Part shown: positions 47,403-57,700 of the stretch, piece by piece | Position numbering within the stretch: the stretch's first letter is position 1 | Layout of the letters: each line of letters starts with the position of its first letter | NCBI GenBank assembly: GCA_051747665.1 | Contig: JBNJGK010000001.1 | Location: forward strand, 7,871-71,870 | Direction of reading: 5' to 3' | From: Bacteroidota bacterium | Lineage (GTDB): Bacteria; Bacteroidota; Bacteroidia; Bacteroidales; JAIPAH01 | DNA length: 64,000 nt | The notes under the pieces: generated by a model | What the model was told of the DNA's origin: nothing | Databases searched by the model: none | Seen by the model: only the letters and a program-made list of their open reading frames with translations | Position numbers and translations under genes: made by a program

Positions 47403-48659
47403 TCATGATGCTTCATTTTGTTCTTCAGCATGTTTTATGACGTCAGAGAATACCCTGAAGAAGTTTCCACTCCAAATCTTTTGGATATCTTCATAAGAAT
47501 ACCCTCTCCGGATAAGCTCTACCGTAATGTTTTTTAGTTCAGACCCGTCATAAACACCGTTGAGTGCGCCGCCTCCGTCAAAGTCGGTACCGATGCCCAC
47601 ATGGTCAATGCCAGCCACTTCTGCAATATGATCAATGTGGTCTGCTAAATCAGTCAGATGTGCCATTGGCGCCGGGTATTTCTGATTTATCTCCTGCCAT
47701 TGACGTCGAGCGGCCGCTTGCTCTTCCTCGGTTAAATCATCAAAACCATTAAATTTCTTCCTGAGCAACCTCATGGCAGAGTCTCTTTCAGGGTCAGGCG
47801 GCATATCCTTAACATAATCGCTAAGCACGCATACCTGAACCACGCCGTTGTTTTTGGCTATGGCTTTTAACATATCGTCTGATAAGTTCCTGGGATGATC
47901 GCGTAAAGCCCTTGCATTTGAATGTGAAGCAATCACAGGAGTTTGAGATATTTGGATTACATCATAAAACGCTGAATCAGAAATATGGCTTACATCTATC
48001 ATAACGCCCAGCCGGTTCATCTCTTTAACTACATTTTCTCCAAAATCGCTCAGGCCGCCATGTTCGAGGGTGTCGGTGGAGCTGTCGCAAATTTCGTTGT
48101 TTTTGGTGTGCGATAGGGTAATGTAACGCACGCCGCGCTTATAAAATTCTTCAATTCTTTTTATGTCGCGATTGAGTGGATATCCATTTTCCATGCCGAT
48201 ATACAAGGCCTTTTTCCCCTCGTTTTTCAGACGACTGGCATCTTGTGGCGTTGTGGCTATTTCTGCTTTTTCGGAATGCCTTGAGGCGACAGTTTCAATA
48301 GAGTCAATAATCCGGTGGGCGCGCAGGTATGCTTTTTGATGGCCTTCCGGTGTGCGCTTTCCTTGCCCTACAAAAGCTGCAAGGAAAACAGCGTCAAGGC
48401 CGCCTTCCTCCATACGGGGTAAATCAATTTTATTGCTGCTTTTACCCGGGTGATGACGCTCACCAAAGTTATAGTCTTCGCTTAAAAACCATAAAGGCGT
48501 ATCGGTATGAGAATCTACAGTTACAAATGAGCGGTGATACTCTTCCGCTTTTTGAATCAGGTTTTCGTAGTTGTCTTGGGATTGGCCGCTAATAGCAAAA
48601 AAGAGCACAATCCATGAGAATATTATCTGAAATCGCATTGGCTTTTGAATTTTGTCCAA
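47403..48659 (-). CDS. Secreted membrane-dipeptidase family (peptidase M19) protein
   Basis: Signal peptide followed by M19 motifs (VDSHTDTP, ...TLSHTKNN..., IASHSNARAL, GTDFDG). The alternative start Met8 is at 48638. Confidence 0.85.
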   Translation of the reverse strand: MDKIQKPMRFQIIFSWIVLFFAISGQSQDNYENLIQKAEEYHRSFVTVDSHTDTPLWFLSEDYNFGERHHPGKSSNKIDLPRMEEGGLDAVFLAAFVGQGKRTPEGHQKAYLRAHRIIDSIETVASRHSEKAEIATTPQDASRLKNEGKKALYIGMENGYPLNRDIKRIEEFYKRGVRYITLSHTKNNEICDSSTDTLEHGGLSDFGENVVKEMNRLGVMIDVSHISDSAFYDVIQISQTPVIASHSNARALRDHPRNLSDDMLKAIAKNNGVVQVCVLSDYVKDMPPDPERDSAMRLLRKKFNGFDDLTEEEQAAARRQWQEINQKYPAPMAHLTDLADHIDHIAEVAGIDHVGIGTDFDGGGALNGVYDGSELKNITVELIRRGYSYEDIQKIWSGNFFRVFSDVIKHAEEQNEAS

Positions 48660-48669
48660 TGCAAAGATA

Positions 48670-49491
48670 TTATTGCAATTGGTATGCAGCTACAGTATTG
48701 TTAAAAAATGTGGGCACAACCAGCAATTTTTTTGAGGGTACGTATTCAAAATCCGCAGCCTGTATATCATCATCTGCTGTTGAAAAAAGCAATTCTGCTT
48801 CACCTGAAGCATTTACTTTATGAACGTTTCCAGTCCAGTCTGAGGTGATGTAAGTGTTAGAATCATAAAACTTAAGCCCGTCAATACCGCCTACAGCAGT
48901 CTCAATTTTTTGAGTTTCATGGGTTTTTGTATGGATTTTCAGTATATAATTCTCATTGCCATTAATTAACCATTTGCCTGATGTCAGCATGCCATTGGGT
49001 TTTTTCAGTCCCTCATTTTTAAATACCTGTACTTTATTGTTATTCAGGCTATAAATTACATTTTCTGCCATGTCGCTGATGTAAACGGTGCCGTCAATCA
49101 CTTCCATATCATTAAGGAAAGACGCTGTTTCTACGTCATAATATTTTACAATTTCGCCTTTATCAAGGTCTATTTTTGCAATACGATCTATATCGGTCAC
49201 ATATAAATGGCCGTGAGCCTTTACCATACCTTTGGGGGCATGCAGGCCTTTCACCCATTTCTTTTTCAAAATATTTCCCTCTGTGCCGAGCTTGCTTATG
49301 AACCCGTTATCGTCTTTATCCGTAGGCTTTCCGTTGATATTGCTTATATAAAACACATCGTTTTCACCATCATACAGCACAGATTCAGGGGTTATTAAAC
49401 CTTCAGTTTCCCATGTTTTTTCAGGTTGCGCAGTTGCCTGAAAAGCAAAAGAAACAATTAAGCTGACAGTAAGTACCGTTAATTTCATCAT
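48670..49491 (-). CDS. Secreted beta-propeller-like protein (SMP-30/gluconolactonase/LRE-like), function unknown
   Basis: Signal peptide ...FQATA-QP. Repeated strand motifs (...VFYISN..., ...LYVTDI..., ...VYISDM..., ...YITSDW...) suggest a 5-6 bladed propeller. The family assignment is tentative. Confidence 0.4.
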   Translation of the reverse strand: MMKLTVLTVSLIVSFAFQATAQPEKTWETEGLITPESVLYDGENDVFYISNINGKPTDKDDNGFISKLGTEGNILKKKWVKGLHAPKGMVKAHGHLYVTDIDRIAKIDLDKGEIVKYYDVETASFLNDMEVIDGTVYISDMAENVIYSLNNNKVQVFKNEGLKKPNGMLTSGKWLINGNENYILKIHTKTHETQKIETAVGGIDGLKFYDSNTYITSDWTGNVHKVNASGEAELLFSTADDDIQAADFEYVPSKKLLVVPTFFNNTVAAYQLQ

Positions 49492-49549
49492 AACATTATA
49501 ATTTTGATTTGATGATACTTATACACTACCATACAGGGTTTTGTTCATT

Positions 49550-50146
49550 TTATATTTTTTGAGCAACAAAACGTATGGTATGTGCTTTTCCGTCGTGATG
49601 TTTGCCTTCTTCCAGGTATCGCAATTCGGAATTATTTGTGATGATACGCATGTTTTTAAAATCTTCTCTCAGAATTTCCGCAGTATAGAGCATATCCGGG
49701 TTTTTGGGGCCGCCGCTGGCCAATGGGAGCTGTTTTTTGTCAAACACTTCAGCTACTATCAAACCTCCTTTTTTCAGGGCGTCAACAAATTTCTGATGAA
49801 CCTGATAACGTATATCCGGAGCAAGATGCAGAAAGGTCATAAAAAGAGCATCGTATTCATTTTCAGGAAAATCAGCATGCTCAAGGTCAGCTATATGGTA
49901 TTGAATTCTGACGTTGTTCTCATTGGCAAGCTTTAAGGCTTTTTTACGGGCTTCTTCACTGTAGTCATAACATTCGCACTCCCAATTCATACGCGCCGCA
50001 TAAACGGCATTACGACCTTCGCCTTCCGCCGGAAAGAGCGCTTTGCCGGGCTTCATCATCTCGATTTGCTCTTTCACAAAGTAGTTTGGTACTCGCCCGT
50101 AAATATATTCGCTATTACCAAATCTCTCTTCCCAAAATTTTTTCAT
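49550..50146 (-). CDS. Class I SAM-dependent methyltransferase (small, TehB-like size)
   Basis: Motif I region ALFPAEGEGRNAVYAA and a post-I acidic residue. Length is 198 aa. Confidence 0.65.
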   Translation of the reverse strand: MKKFWEERFGNSEYIYGRVPNYFVKEQIEMMKPGKALFPAEGEGRNAVYAARMNWECECYDYSEEARKKALKLANENNVRIQYHIADLEHADFPENEYDALFMTFLHLAPDIRYQVHQKFVDALKKGGLIVAEVFDKKQLPLASGGPKNPDMLYTAEILREDFKNMRIITNNSELRYLEEGKHHDGKAHTIRFVAQKI

Positions 50147-50240
50147 CTGCTTTTTGTCTGAAAAACGTTCTTAGCCCGGGATTGTTGAAATTGAAGCTCT
50201 AAATCCGGTATATTTAATAGGATGACTCTGTTTAAAAGTG

Positions 50241-50248
50241 TATTTTTG
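50241..50248 (+). promoter_or_regulatory. Bacteroidetes-type -7 promoter box (TATTTTTG)
   Basis: Exact TAnnTTTG match 39 nt upstream of the hutU ATG. A small palindrome, TATTG-N4-CAATA, lies between them at 50264..50277. Confidence 0.35.
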
Positions 50249-50287
50249 TAGCGCTATTGTTGACAATAATGCTAAAATTATCTACAT

Positions 50288-52300
50288 ATGACTGATAAAG
50301 AAAAATTCAAGGAAGCAATTCTGGAAGGAATTCCTGATGATTTACCCGGAAAAGCGGAGTATGATCCGGATATAAATCATGCTCCGGTACGTAAAGAGAT
50401 ACTCACTCCCGAAGAAAAAAGGCTTGCGGTAGAGAATGCGCTACGTTACTTTCCAGCGAAACACCATGATGTTTTGGCTAAAGAGTTTGCTGAAGAGCTA
50501 AAAAAATTCGGACGGATATACATGTACCGGTTCCGGCCTGAATATACTATCAAAGCGAGAAATATTGATGATTTTCCTTACCATTCCAGGCAAGCTGCCG
50601 CTATTATGCTTATGATAAGCAACAACCTGGATGATGCCGTAGCCCAGCATCCTCATGAGCTGATTACTTATGGTGGCAATGGGGCTGTGTTTCAGAACTG
50701 GGCGCAATATCGCCTTACGATGAAATATCTTGCCGAAATGACCGATAAACAAACACTTGTGATGTACTCAGGTCATCCTATGGGTTTGTTTCCTTCGCAC
50801 AAAGATGCTCCACGGGTGGTAGTCACAAATGGCATGGTTATTCCCAACTATTCTAAGCCCGATGACTGGGAGCGCTTTAATGCTTTAGGCGTGTCGCAAT
50901 ATGGCCAAATGACAGCAGGTTCGTACATGTACATCGGGCCGCAAGGCATTGTACATGGAACAACCATTACCGTACTAAATGCAGGCCGGATGGTTGCTGC
51001 TCATGGAGAAGGCCTTGAAGGAAAGCTTTTTGTTACCGCTGGTTTGGGAGGTATGAGCGGAGCTCAACCAAAAGCAGCTAATATAGCAGGTGTAGTTAGC
51101 ATTACGGCCGAAGTAAATCCAAAGGCAGCTCACAAACGCCATGAGCAAGGCTGGGTTGATGAGATACTGGAAGATGTTGATGCTGTTATTGATTCTGCAG
51201 AAGCATGGAGGGTAAAAAAGAAACCTCATTCAATAGCGTATTTAGGCAATATTGTGGATTTATGGGAGCGTTTGGCTGAACGTGGTATTAAAGTGGATTT
51301 GGGTTCAGACCAAACTTCATTGCATAACCCATACGCAGGAGGATATTACCCCGCCGGGCTCTCTTATGAAGCTTCGAATAAGATGATGGCCGAAGACCCG
51401 GCGCAATTCAAAGAATATGTGCATAAGTCGTTGAAGCGTCATGTTGATGCTGTCAATAGATTAACGGCTGATGGCATGTATTTTTTTGACTATGGAAATG
51501 CATTTCTGCTTGAAGCCTCCAGGGCGGGTGCAGATATTATGGATGAGCAGGGAAAGGATTTCAGGTATCCCAGTTATGTTCAGGATATCATGGGGCCTAT
51601 GTGTTTTGATTATGGTTTTGGACCGTTTAGATGGGTTTGTGCTTCTAATGAAGAAGCTGACCTTGACAAAACGGATAAAATTGCTGCAGAAGTTTTGGAG
51701 GAACTGGCAGCAGAGGCGCCACCTGAAATCACCCAGCAGATGGAAGATAACATCCGCTGGATCAGACAAGCTAAAGAAAACAGGCTGGTCGTAGGATCTC
51801 AGGCGCGGATTCTTTATGCGGATGCCGAGGGGCGGATGAAAATAGCCGAGGCCTTTAACAAAGCAGTAGAAAACGGAGAACTCTCAGCCCCGGTTATTCT
51901 GGGTAGAGACCACCATGATGTTTCCGGAACGGATTCGCCTTTTCGGGAAACATCAAATATTTACGACGGCTCTAAGTTTACAGCCGATATGGCCATCCAG
52001 AATGTGATTGGCGATGCTTTCCGCGGCGCTACCTGGGTTTCAATACACAATGGCGGCGGCGTTGGCTGGGGTGAAGTTATAAACGGTGGATTCGGCATGG
52101 TGCTCGATGGTTCTGAAGATGCAGACCGCAGACTTAAAATGATGCTGCACTGGGATGTAAACAACGGCATAAGCCGGAGAAGCTGGGCCCGGAATAAAGG
52201 AGCGGTTTTTGCCGCCAAAAGAGCGATGCAGAAAGAACCTCAGATGAAGGTTACATTGCCTGAGATGGTAGATAAAAAGATTATTGATAACCTGTTTTAG
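50288..52300 (+). CDS. hutU: Urocanate hydratase (long Bacteroidetes-type form, 670 aa)
   Basis: Colinear urocanase pattern (...YGGNGAVFQNW..., GLGGMSGAQ, ...DQTSLHNPY..., ...GGGVGWGE...). Confidence 0.9.
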   Translation: MTDKEKFKEAILEGIPDDLPGKAEYDPDINHAPVRKEILTPEEKRLAVENALRYFPAKHHDVLAKEFAEELKKFGRIYMYRFRPEYTIKARNIDDFPYHSRQAAAIMLMISNNLDDAVAQHPHELITYGGNGAVFQNWAQYRLTMKYLAEMTDKQTLVMYSGHPMGLFPSHKDAPRVVVTNGMVIPNYSKPDDWERFNALGVSQYGQMTAGSYMYIGPQGIVHGTTITVLNAGRMVAAHGEGLEGKLFVTAGLGGMSGAQPKAANIAGVVSITAEVNPKAAHKRHEQGWVDEILEDVDAVIDSAEAWRVKKKPHSIAYLGNIVDLWERLAERGIKVDLGSDQTSLHNPYAGGYYPAGLSYEASNKMMAEDPAQFKEYVHKSLKRHVDAVNRLTADGMYFFDYGNAFLLEASRAGADIMDEQGKDFRYPSYVQDIMGPMCFDYGFGPFRWVCASNEEADLDKTDKIAAEVLEELAAEAPPEITQQMEDNIRWIRQAKENRLVVGSQARILYADAEGRMKIAEAFNKAVENGELSAPVILGRDHHDVSGTDSPFRETSNIYDGSKFTADMAIQNVIGDAFRGATWVSIHNGGGVGWGEVINGGFGMVLDGSEDADRRLKMMLHWDVNNGISRRSWARNKGAVFAAKRAMQKEPQMKVTLPEMVDKKIIDNLF

Positions 52301-52309
52301 AGGATGCTG

Positions 52310-52351
52310 AAGCCTGCATAAAGCCTTAGAATTTCAAGGTTATGCAGGCTT
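52310..52351. terminator. 11-bp stem-loop between convergent hutU and pbpC
   Basis: AAGCCTGCATA-N20-TATGCAGGCTT is perfectly complementary and is followed on the + strand by TATTAAAATT. Confidence 0.55.
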
Positions 52352-52359
52352 TATTAAAA

Positions 52360-54696
52360 TTATTCTCCAACAATTTCAAAACTTCTGGATATCGAGTTGC
52401 CGTTTTTGTCGGTAATGGTAAGTACGTGGTTGCCGTATTCCGGATGCACCGCTATCTGATGTTCTCCTGTGGTTTGACCTGCATACTCCTGGTCAATAAA
52501 CCAAAACAGTGTGGAGCTGACGTCGCGATGAGCCACTTTCAAAACCACATTTCCAATATCGCCGCTCATTTCTGTGGGGATAAATATCCTGGACTGCTCT
52601 TCAGGGTAAATGATTTCCATAACCTTATCATCACCATATGGTTTACAATCAGGGCTAAACTCCGGAAGGGGCGGATAAGAAGGGTTGGATTGCCTTTGAT
52701 AGTAGTCCATGGCAGGGGGTAACAAAAACCACGATTTATGTATGATTTTTTGGGAAGGGTAACAAGAAGCATCCACGCGGTAAGTTTGAGTGCTGTCTAA
52801 ATGGATTGTTTGGTGATACGGACACGACGCACTCCGGATACCGTTTTCCGGGATCAAAACGGTATCAACAGGATGGCAGTGAGGCCCGGCTAAGTGGCCG
52901 CTCTTGCTACAGACAGCAGCCTCAATTTGCTCTCCCCAGGGGCGTTGAAACCAGGTTGTGGGAGGCAACATCCTGAACAGGTCCATCATCAAAGGCGCTG
53001 CGGCTGATAGTCCGGTTAGCCCGGGACGGCCTTCGCCATCTGCATTGCCGGCCCATACGGCCACTACATACTCAGGAGTTACGCCTATAGCCCATGCATC
53101 CCGAAAACCAAAACTGGTGCCGGTTTTCCAGGCTATCTTCCTTGAAGACGTGAAATATTTCCACCCACTTTCCTGTTCAGGTCGTTCCAGGTGTGTCAAA
53201 GCTTGAAACGCTTCATAAATGGCTGAGGCTGAATATAAAGGTGTTTTGTTTCGAAGCGTCGCTGGCTTCTGATTTGTAACATAAACCGGCTTGTGAATAT
53301 TATCTGAAGAATAGGTTTGCTTATCGTTATAATGGTTCAGAATCCTTGCCATTGAGGCGTAATGGCCTGCCAGTTCGTCCAGTCTGGTTTCGGCTCCTCC
53401 CAAAATAAGAGATAAGCCATAATGATTGGCCGGCTTATTGATATTTTGGAAGTCCATTTTTTGAAGCAAATTGTGGAAACGCGAAAGTCCGTATTGCTTT
53501 AGCATCCTGACCATCGGAACATTTAGCGAACGGTATAGCACTTCATTTGCGTGTACTACACCATCGTAGCGGTTGCTGAAATTTTTCGGCGAATACCCGT
53601 CAAAATTGACCGGGACATCTGCTACCAGCGTTTTGGGTAAAATCAATCCTTCCTGCAACATTGCGGCATATAAAAACGGTTTTAAAACAGAGCCGCTGCT
53701 GCGTGGTGCAGAAATCATATTCACCTGATTATCGTGCATATTATCAGGGTTTTTAGTGTTTCCGGCATAAGCCATCACCTCACCGGTTTCTACTTCCAGA
53801 AGAATAGCTCCGGCGTTATGGATTTGATTTGACTCTAAACGTTTAAGGTGTGCCTGCATTTCGCGGTTTACTTTTCTTTGCAGCGGTAAACTAAGGGTGC
53901 TTTTAATTCGCTGTCCCTTTTTTCCTTCGCTGATAGCTTGATTGAGGAGGTGCGTTGCCTCCTGTGGAAGCGGCATTGGCGCTCCCGGCAAGGGTTCCTC
54001 ACAAGATAAAACATAAGTAAGCGAGTCTATTATTTCACGTTCTTTGAGGGTTTGCAGCAAGGCATTCCTTTTTCCCAGATATTCGTTCGTGTTTTTGCCG
54101 GGGCGTATCAATGAGGGAGCATTAGGCAAGACTGCCAATGCAGCCGTTTGACCCCATGATAGTTTTTGGGGAGGAACCCCAAAATAGCGCCATGCAGCCG
54201 CATCCAGTCCTACAATATTTCCCCCGAAAGGGGCATGCGAGGCATACAGTGAAAGGATTTTTCTTTTGCTGTATCGCAATTCGGCACGCAATGCCAGTGC
54301 GGACTCTGTTATTTTCTGAAAATAATTCCGCGGTTTTCCTTTTCGCGATAAGCGAATAACCTGCATCGTAAGTGTGCTGGCGCCGCTGACAATTTTCTTT
54401 TGTGATATGTTTTCCCTTATAGCGCGAGCAATCGCAAATGGATCGATGCCGGGATGAGAAAAGAAGCGCTTGTCTTCAAAAGCCAATACAGTTTGCACAT
54501 ATTTTTCGGGCAAAGAGTCCTGCTCAGGGAAACGCCATTGCCCATCTTCAGCTATTCGTGCATTTAACAGGCGGCCTTGGTGGTCTTCAAGCACTGTGGA
54601 TGAAGGAGCATCGAAAAGCGGATCAGGCAAGGAAAAAAAATACCATGCCGCCAATCCTGAAATTGCAATAGCCCAAAGGATACGTTTTATCATCAT
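52360..54696 (-). CDS. pbpC: Penicillin-binding protein 1C (bifunctional transglycosylase/transpeptidase-like)
   Basis: GT51 motifs (EDKRFFSHPGIDP, GASTLTMQ), a transpeptidase SxxK (SGSVLKP) and a C-terminal PBP1C-specific domain. It lies 21 nt downstream of the alpha-2-macroglobulin gene. Confidence 0.9.
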   Translation of the reverse strand: MMIKRILWAIAISGLAAWYFFSLPDPLFDAPSSTVLEDHQGRLLNARIAEDGQWRFPEQDSLPEKYVQTVLAFEDKRFFSHPGIDPFAIARAIRENISQKKIVSGASTLTMQVIRLSRKGKPRNYFQKITESALALRAELRYSKRKILSLYASHAPFGGNIVGLDAAAWRYFGVPPQKLSWGQTAALAVLPNAPSLIRPGKNTNEYLGKRNALLQTLKEREIIDSLTYVLSCEEPLPGAPMPLPQEATHLLNQAISEGKKGQRIKSTLSLPLQRKVNREMQAHLKRLESNQIHNAGAILLEVETGEVMAYAGNTKNPDNMHDNQVNMISAPRSSGSVLKPFLYAAMLQEGLILPKTLVADVPVNFDGYSPKNFSNRYDGVVHANEVLYRSLNVPMVRMLKQYGLSRFHNLLQKMDFQNINKPANHYGLSLILGGAETRLDELAGHYASMARILNHYNDKQTYSSDNIHKPVYVTNQKPATLRNKTPLYSASAIYEAFQALTHLERPEQESGWKYFTSSRKIAWKTGTSFGFRDAWAIGVTPEYVVAVWAGNADGEGRPGLTGLSAAAPLMMDLFRMLPPTTWFQRPWGEQIEAAVCSKSGHLAGPHCHPVDTVLIPENGIRSASCPYHQTIHLDSTQTYRVDASCYPSQKIIHKSWFLLPPAMDYYQRQSNPSYPPLPEFSPDCKPYGDDKVMEIIYPEEQSRIFIPTEMSGDIGNVVLKVAHRDVSSTLFWFIDQEYAGQTTGEHQIAVHPEYGNHVLTITDKNGNSISRSFEIVGE

Positions 54697-54717
54697 TCAA
54701 AACCGGTTGATAAATGT

Positions 54718-57700
54718 TTACTCTGCATTTCCGGGTTTCGTAATTTCAATTTGCCTGCCGGGTTCAAAGGCTTGTATGGAATTGTCATACATAGCATTGC
54801 AACTGATTCCGGGGAGATAGTATTTCCCGGTATATGTAGCATTTACCTTAAACCGGAATTTTTTGGTTTGATTTCGATTGAGGTCGAAATATGTATAAAT
54901 GCGATCATCCCGTATATCCTGATAGTCCGGCTGATGAATATCTATTGATTCATCCTGCCAGGAATGTAGGCGTTGATTTCTGATTTCCCACCCTGAAGGC
55001 ATAATATGAGTTAATGCGAGGTTTTGATAATCTCCCCTCATTCCTGGATGCGTAATCTTAGTTTCCACAATTATATCAGTTCCCTGGATTATCTTTTCTG
55101 TTTCCAGCGGATTGCCTTCCATGTCAAAGTATTTGATGTCCATGAACAGGTCATTTCTGATTTTTTCCTCACTTCCCGCCAAGGGAATGCCCTTTTCAAA
55201 CAAGGAGATGAAAAGTGTTCCTTCGCCATCATTCGTGATCTCGATAGTTCCCTCAGGATTCTTGTAAATGTCCGGGTTGATTCTATATACCGCAGCATCC
55301 GTAACGGCTTTTTCAGTGGGTTTTTGGTTTACAGCATAAGCGAAGTTTATGGTTTTGCTGAGGTTCATCTCATCTGTAAATTTAGCTGCAGAAAGGAGAG
55401 CAAATGCAGTTTCATGCGTGCTGTACCATTGCTCTTCAGAAAGCATAGAGGCAATATCTCTTAGCAGCTTAGTGCCTCTTTCCCGGTCGTTTATGAGAGC
55501 CATAGTTTCAAGAATCATAGCTAAATCACGCAATTCTGAACCAAACGTAGAGGTGGAGTTTTGTTTAGCCTCCGGATTTGTGCTTAGCCGGCCTGTTATT
55601 TTTTCAGCAATGCTTTGTTTTCCATCAAGCGCATAAGCAGCAGCTAAGCGCCAGTTTGTTTTTTCACCGGTATTTTCCTGCTCTCTGAGCCTGTTCATGT
55701 CTCCTGCCGAGGCTTCACCTCCCAGAGCCATAGTATAAAGCCGGTAGGCCTGATTTAGGTTCTGTTGATTATGCGAGCCATTGGCAATAGTGAAATTTCG
55801 TGAAGCTCTCTGCTGATATGAAAGCCATTTTGTAATCAGGTTGTCAGGCACATAAAATCCTTTTTTCTCAGCTTCCAGCAGAAAATGACCTGTATAAGAA
55901 GTAGTCCATTCATGAGTTGGGTTCTCCGAGGAAGGCCAGTAGCTAAACCCGCCGTTGTCATTGTGGAATTTACTGATGGCTTGAATGGCAGCATTGATGT
56001 TGTCTTGAATTTTTTTCTGATTTTCCGAAGAAAGATTCATCAACGAGGACAAATAGAGTTGTGGAAACGCACCTGAAACGATTTGCTCCAGGCATCCGTG
56101 GGGATAGCTTACAAGATAGTCAAGCCGTTTTTCAAGGTTCAGCGGAGCAAGTGCAGAGGCTTCCAGTATGGTGTTATTTGTTCCTTCGATTCCAAAAGTA
56201 GCGTAGTCAAGCAAAATAGTTTCTCCGGGGTCAAGTGTTTTTTGCGTTGCCTTAGTTACTGGAGGGCTTGCTGGCACAATATTTAACTCCACACTATACC
56301 GGGATGTTTCCTTATCATCTGACGCGGTGACTTCAAAAGTCCCCATTCCGGGCTTTTCCCTGGCCTTTACCCTGAAAGGAACTACTTTTTCACCGGGTTT
56401 TTGAAACGTAATCTTTTGCTTGTGGTTTCCTAAAACGGTGAGCGCTTCATTAACGTTAAAGTCTATATTAACATCGCTAACCGACGCATCCATAGCGATT
56501 ACCGTAACCGGGACATCCATAATGTCGCCTGGTTTCAGTGTGCGTGGGGCTGTGGCTAATGCCATTAAAGGTTTTTTAACCGGAGTGGTCGTTTCAGCGC
56601 TGCCGTATTTTTGGTTCTGCGCTGCTACTAACATTGTTCTCACGGATCCTACATAATTTGGCATCCGGAAAGTATGTGTTTGCTGTTTGTTTTGTTCCAG
56701 CTTGATAGGACCAAAAAACTTTACAACAGGCTTAAAGCGATTAGCAGACTGGTTTCCGGCATCAGGATCAATTTCTACACCGCCCCCGGGCTTTAGCAGT
56801 CCGCTATAACGCCCTGTAAAAGCTCCTAAAACGTCATTATACAGGTCCCATGTTTTCACACCGAGCGCTCTTCGGGCATTAAAATGTGCCCACGGATCAG
56901 GAGTAGAAAATGCTGTGATGTCTAATAAGCCTTCATCCACAATTGCCAATGTATACTGCATGGCATGTCCGTTTTTCTCAGATACTGTGATTTCAACTTC
57001 CTGTTCAGGGGTTAATTCCCCGGGCATCGTAATTTCAGGTTCCAGGTGCGATTGTGGATTGTCTACAAAAAGAGGCTCAACGCCATACATTCTGATAGGC
57101 CGGTCGTTTGCTGTTTGGCTGTGGGGCTGCACCATTGACACAAAAACATAAGCGTTGGGAGCCATCTCAGGGGTAATTTCAAAAGAGTACTCAGTGAACT
57201 CCTGCTTGCTGTCAATCCAATCTGAATGGAGGATTTTATTATGGTTTTCAACAGATACAAGAATTCGGTTTTCTTTTGCAGAAGGTATTTTTATTTGGGC
57301 AGTTTCTCCCGTTTTAAAGCGATCTTTGTTAAGGCTGAAGGTCAGCATTTCGGCTCCACCGGGAGCCTGGTCTTGTTTGTTTTCCCACCAGCCGGGATAG
57401 TCCATCATTACTAACTGTCCGGCACTATGACCACTGCTGGTATCTGTAATGCGAATTAAGAGCCTTCCCCAATAGCGTCCGGATAAGTCTAAAGTATAGT
57501 TGCCTTCCCCAGCGACGGTTTTTATGGTGGTTTCCTCCACCAATTCACCATGCTGGTTGGATACAAACCTGGAAAGGTCATCATTATTGCGGTTTTCCCA
57601 CCACCAATTCCAGTTGATCTTATAGACCTGAACGATGATGTTTCGGCTGGCTTTTTCACCTTTTTCATTGAGTGAAGCTATTGGTATGCGATGTTTTTTC

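Noticed and set aside
50288-52300. hutU without hutH, hutI or hutG neighbours as a sign of a novel pathway context
   Set aside because: Hut genes are frequently dispersed in Bacteroidota. The flanking genes are unrelated and separately transcribed, with terminators and promoter boxes present. Nothing in the sequence suggests more than a scattered catabolic gene.
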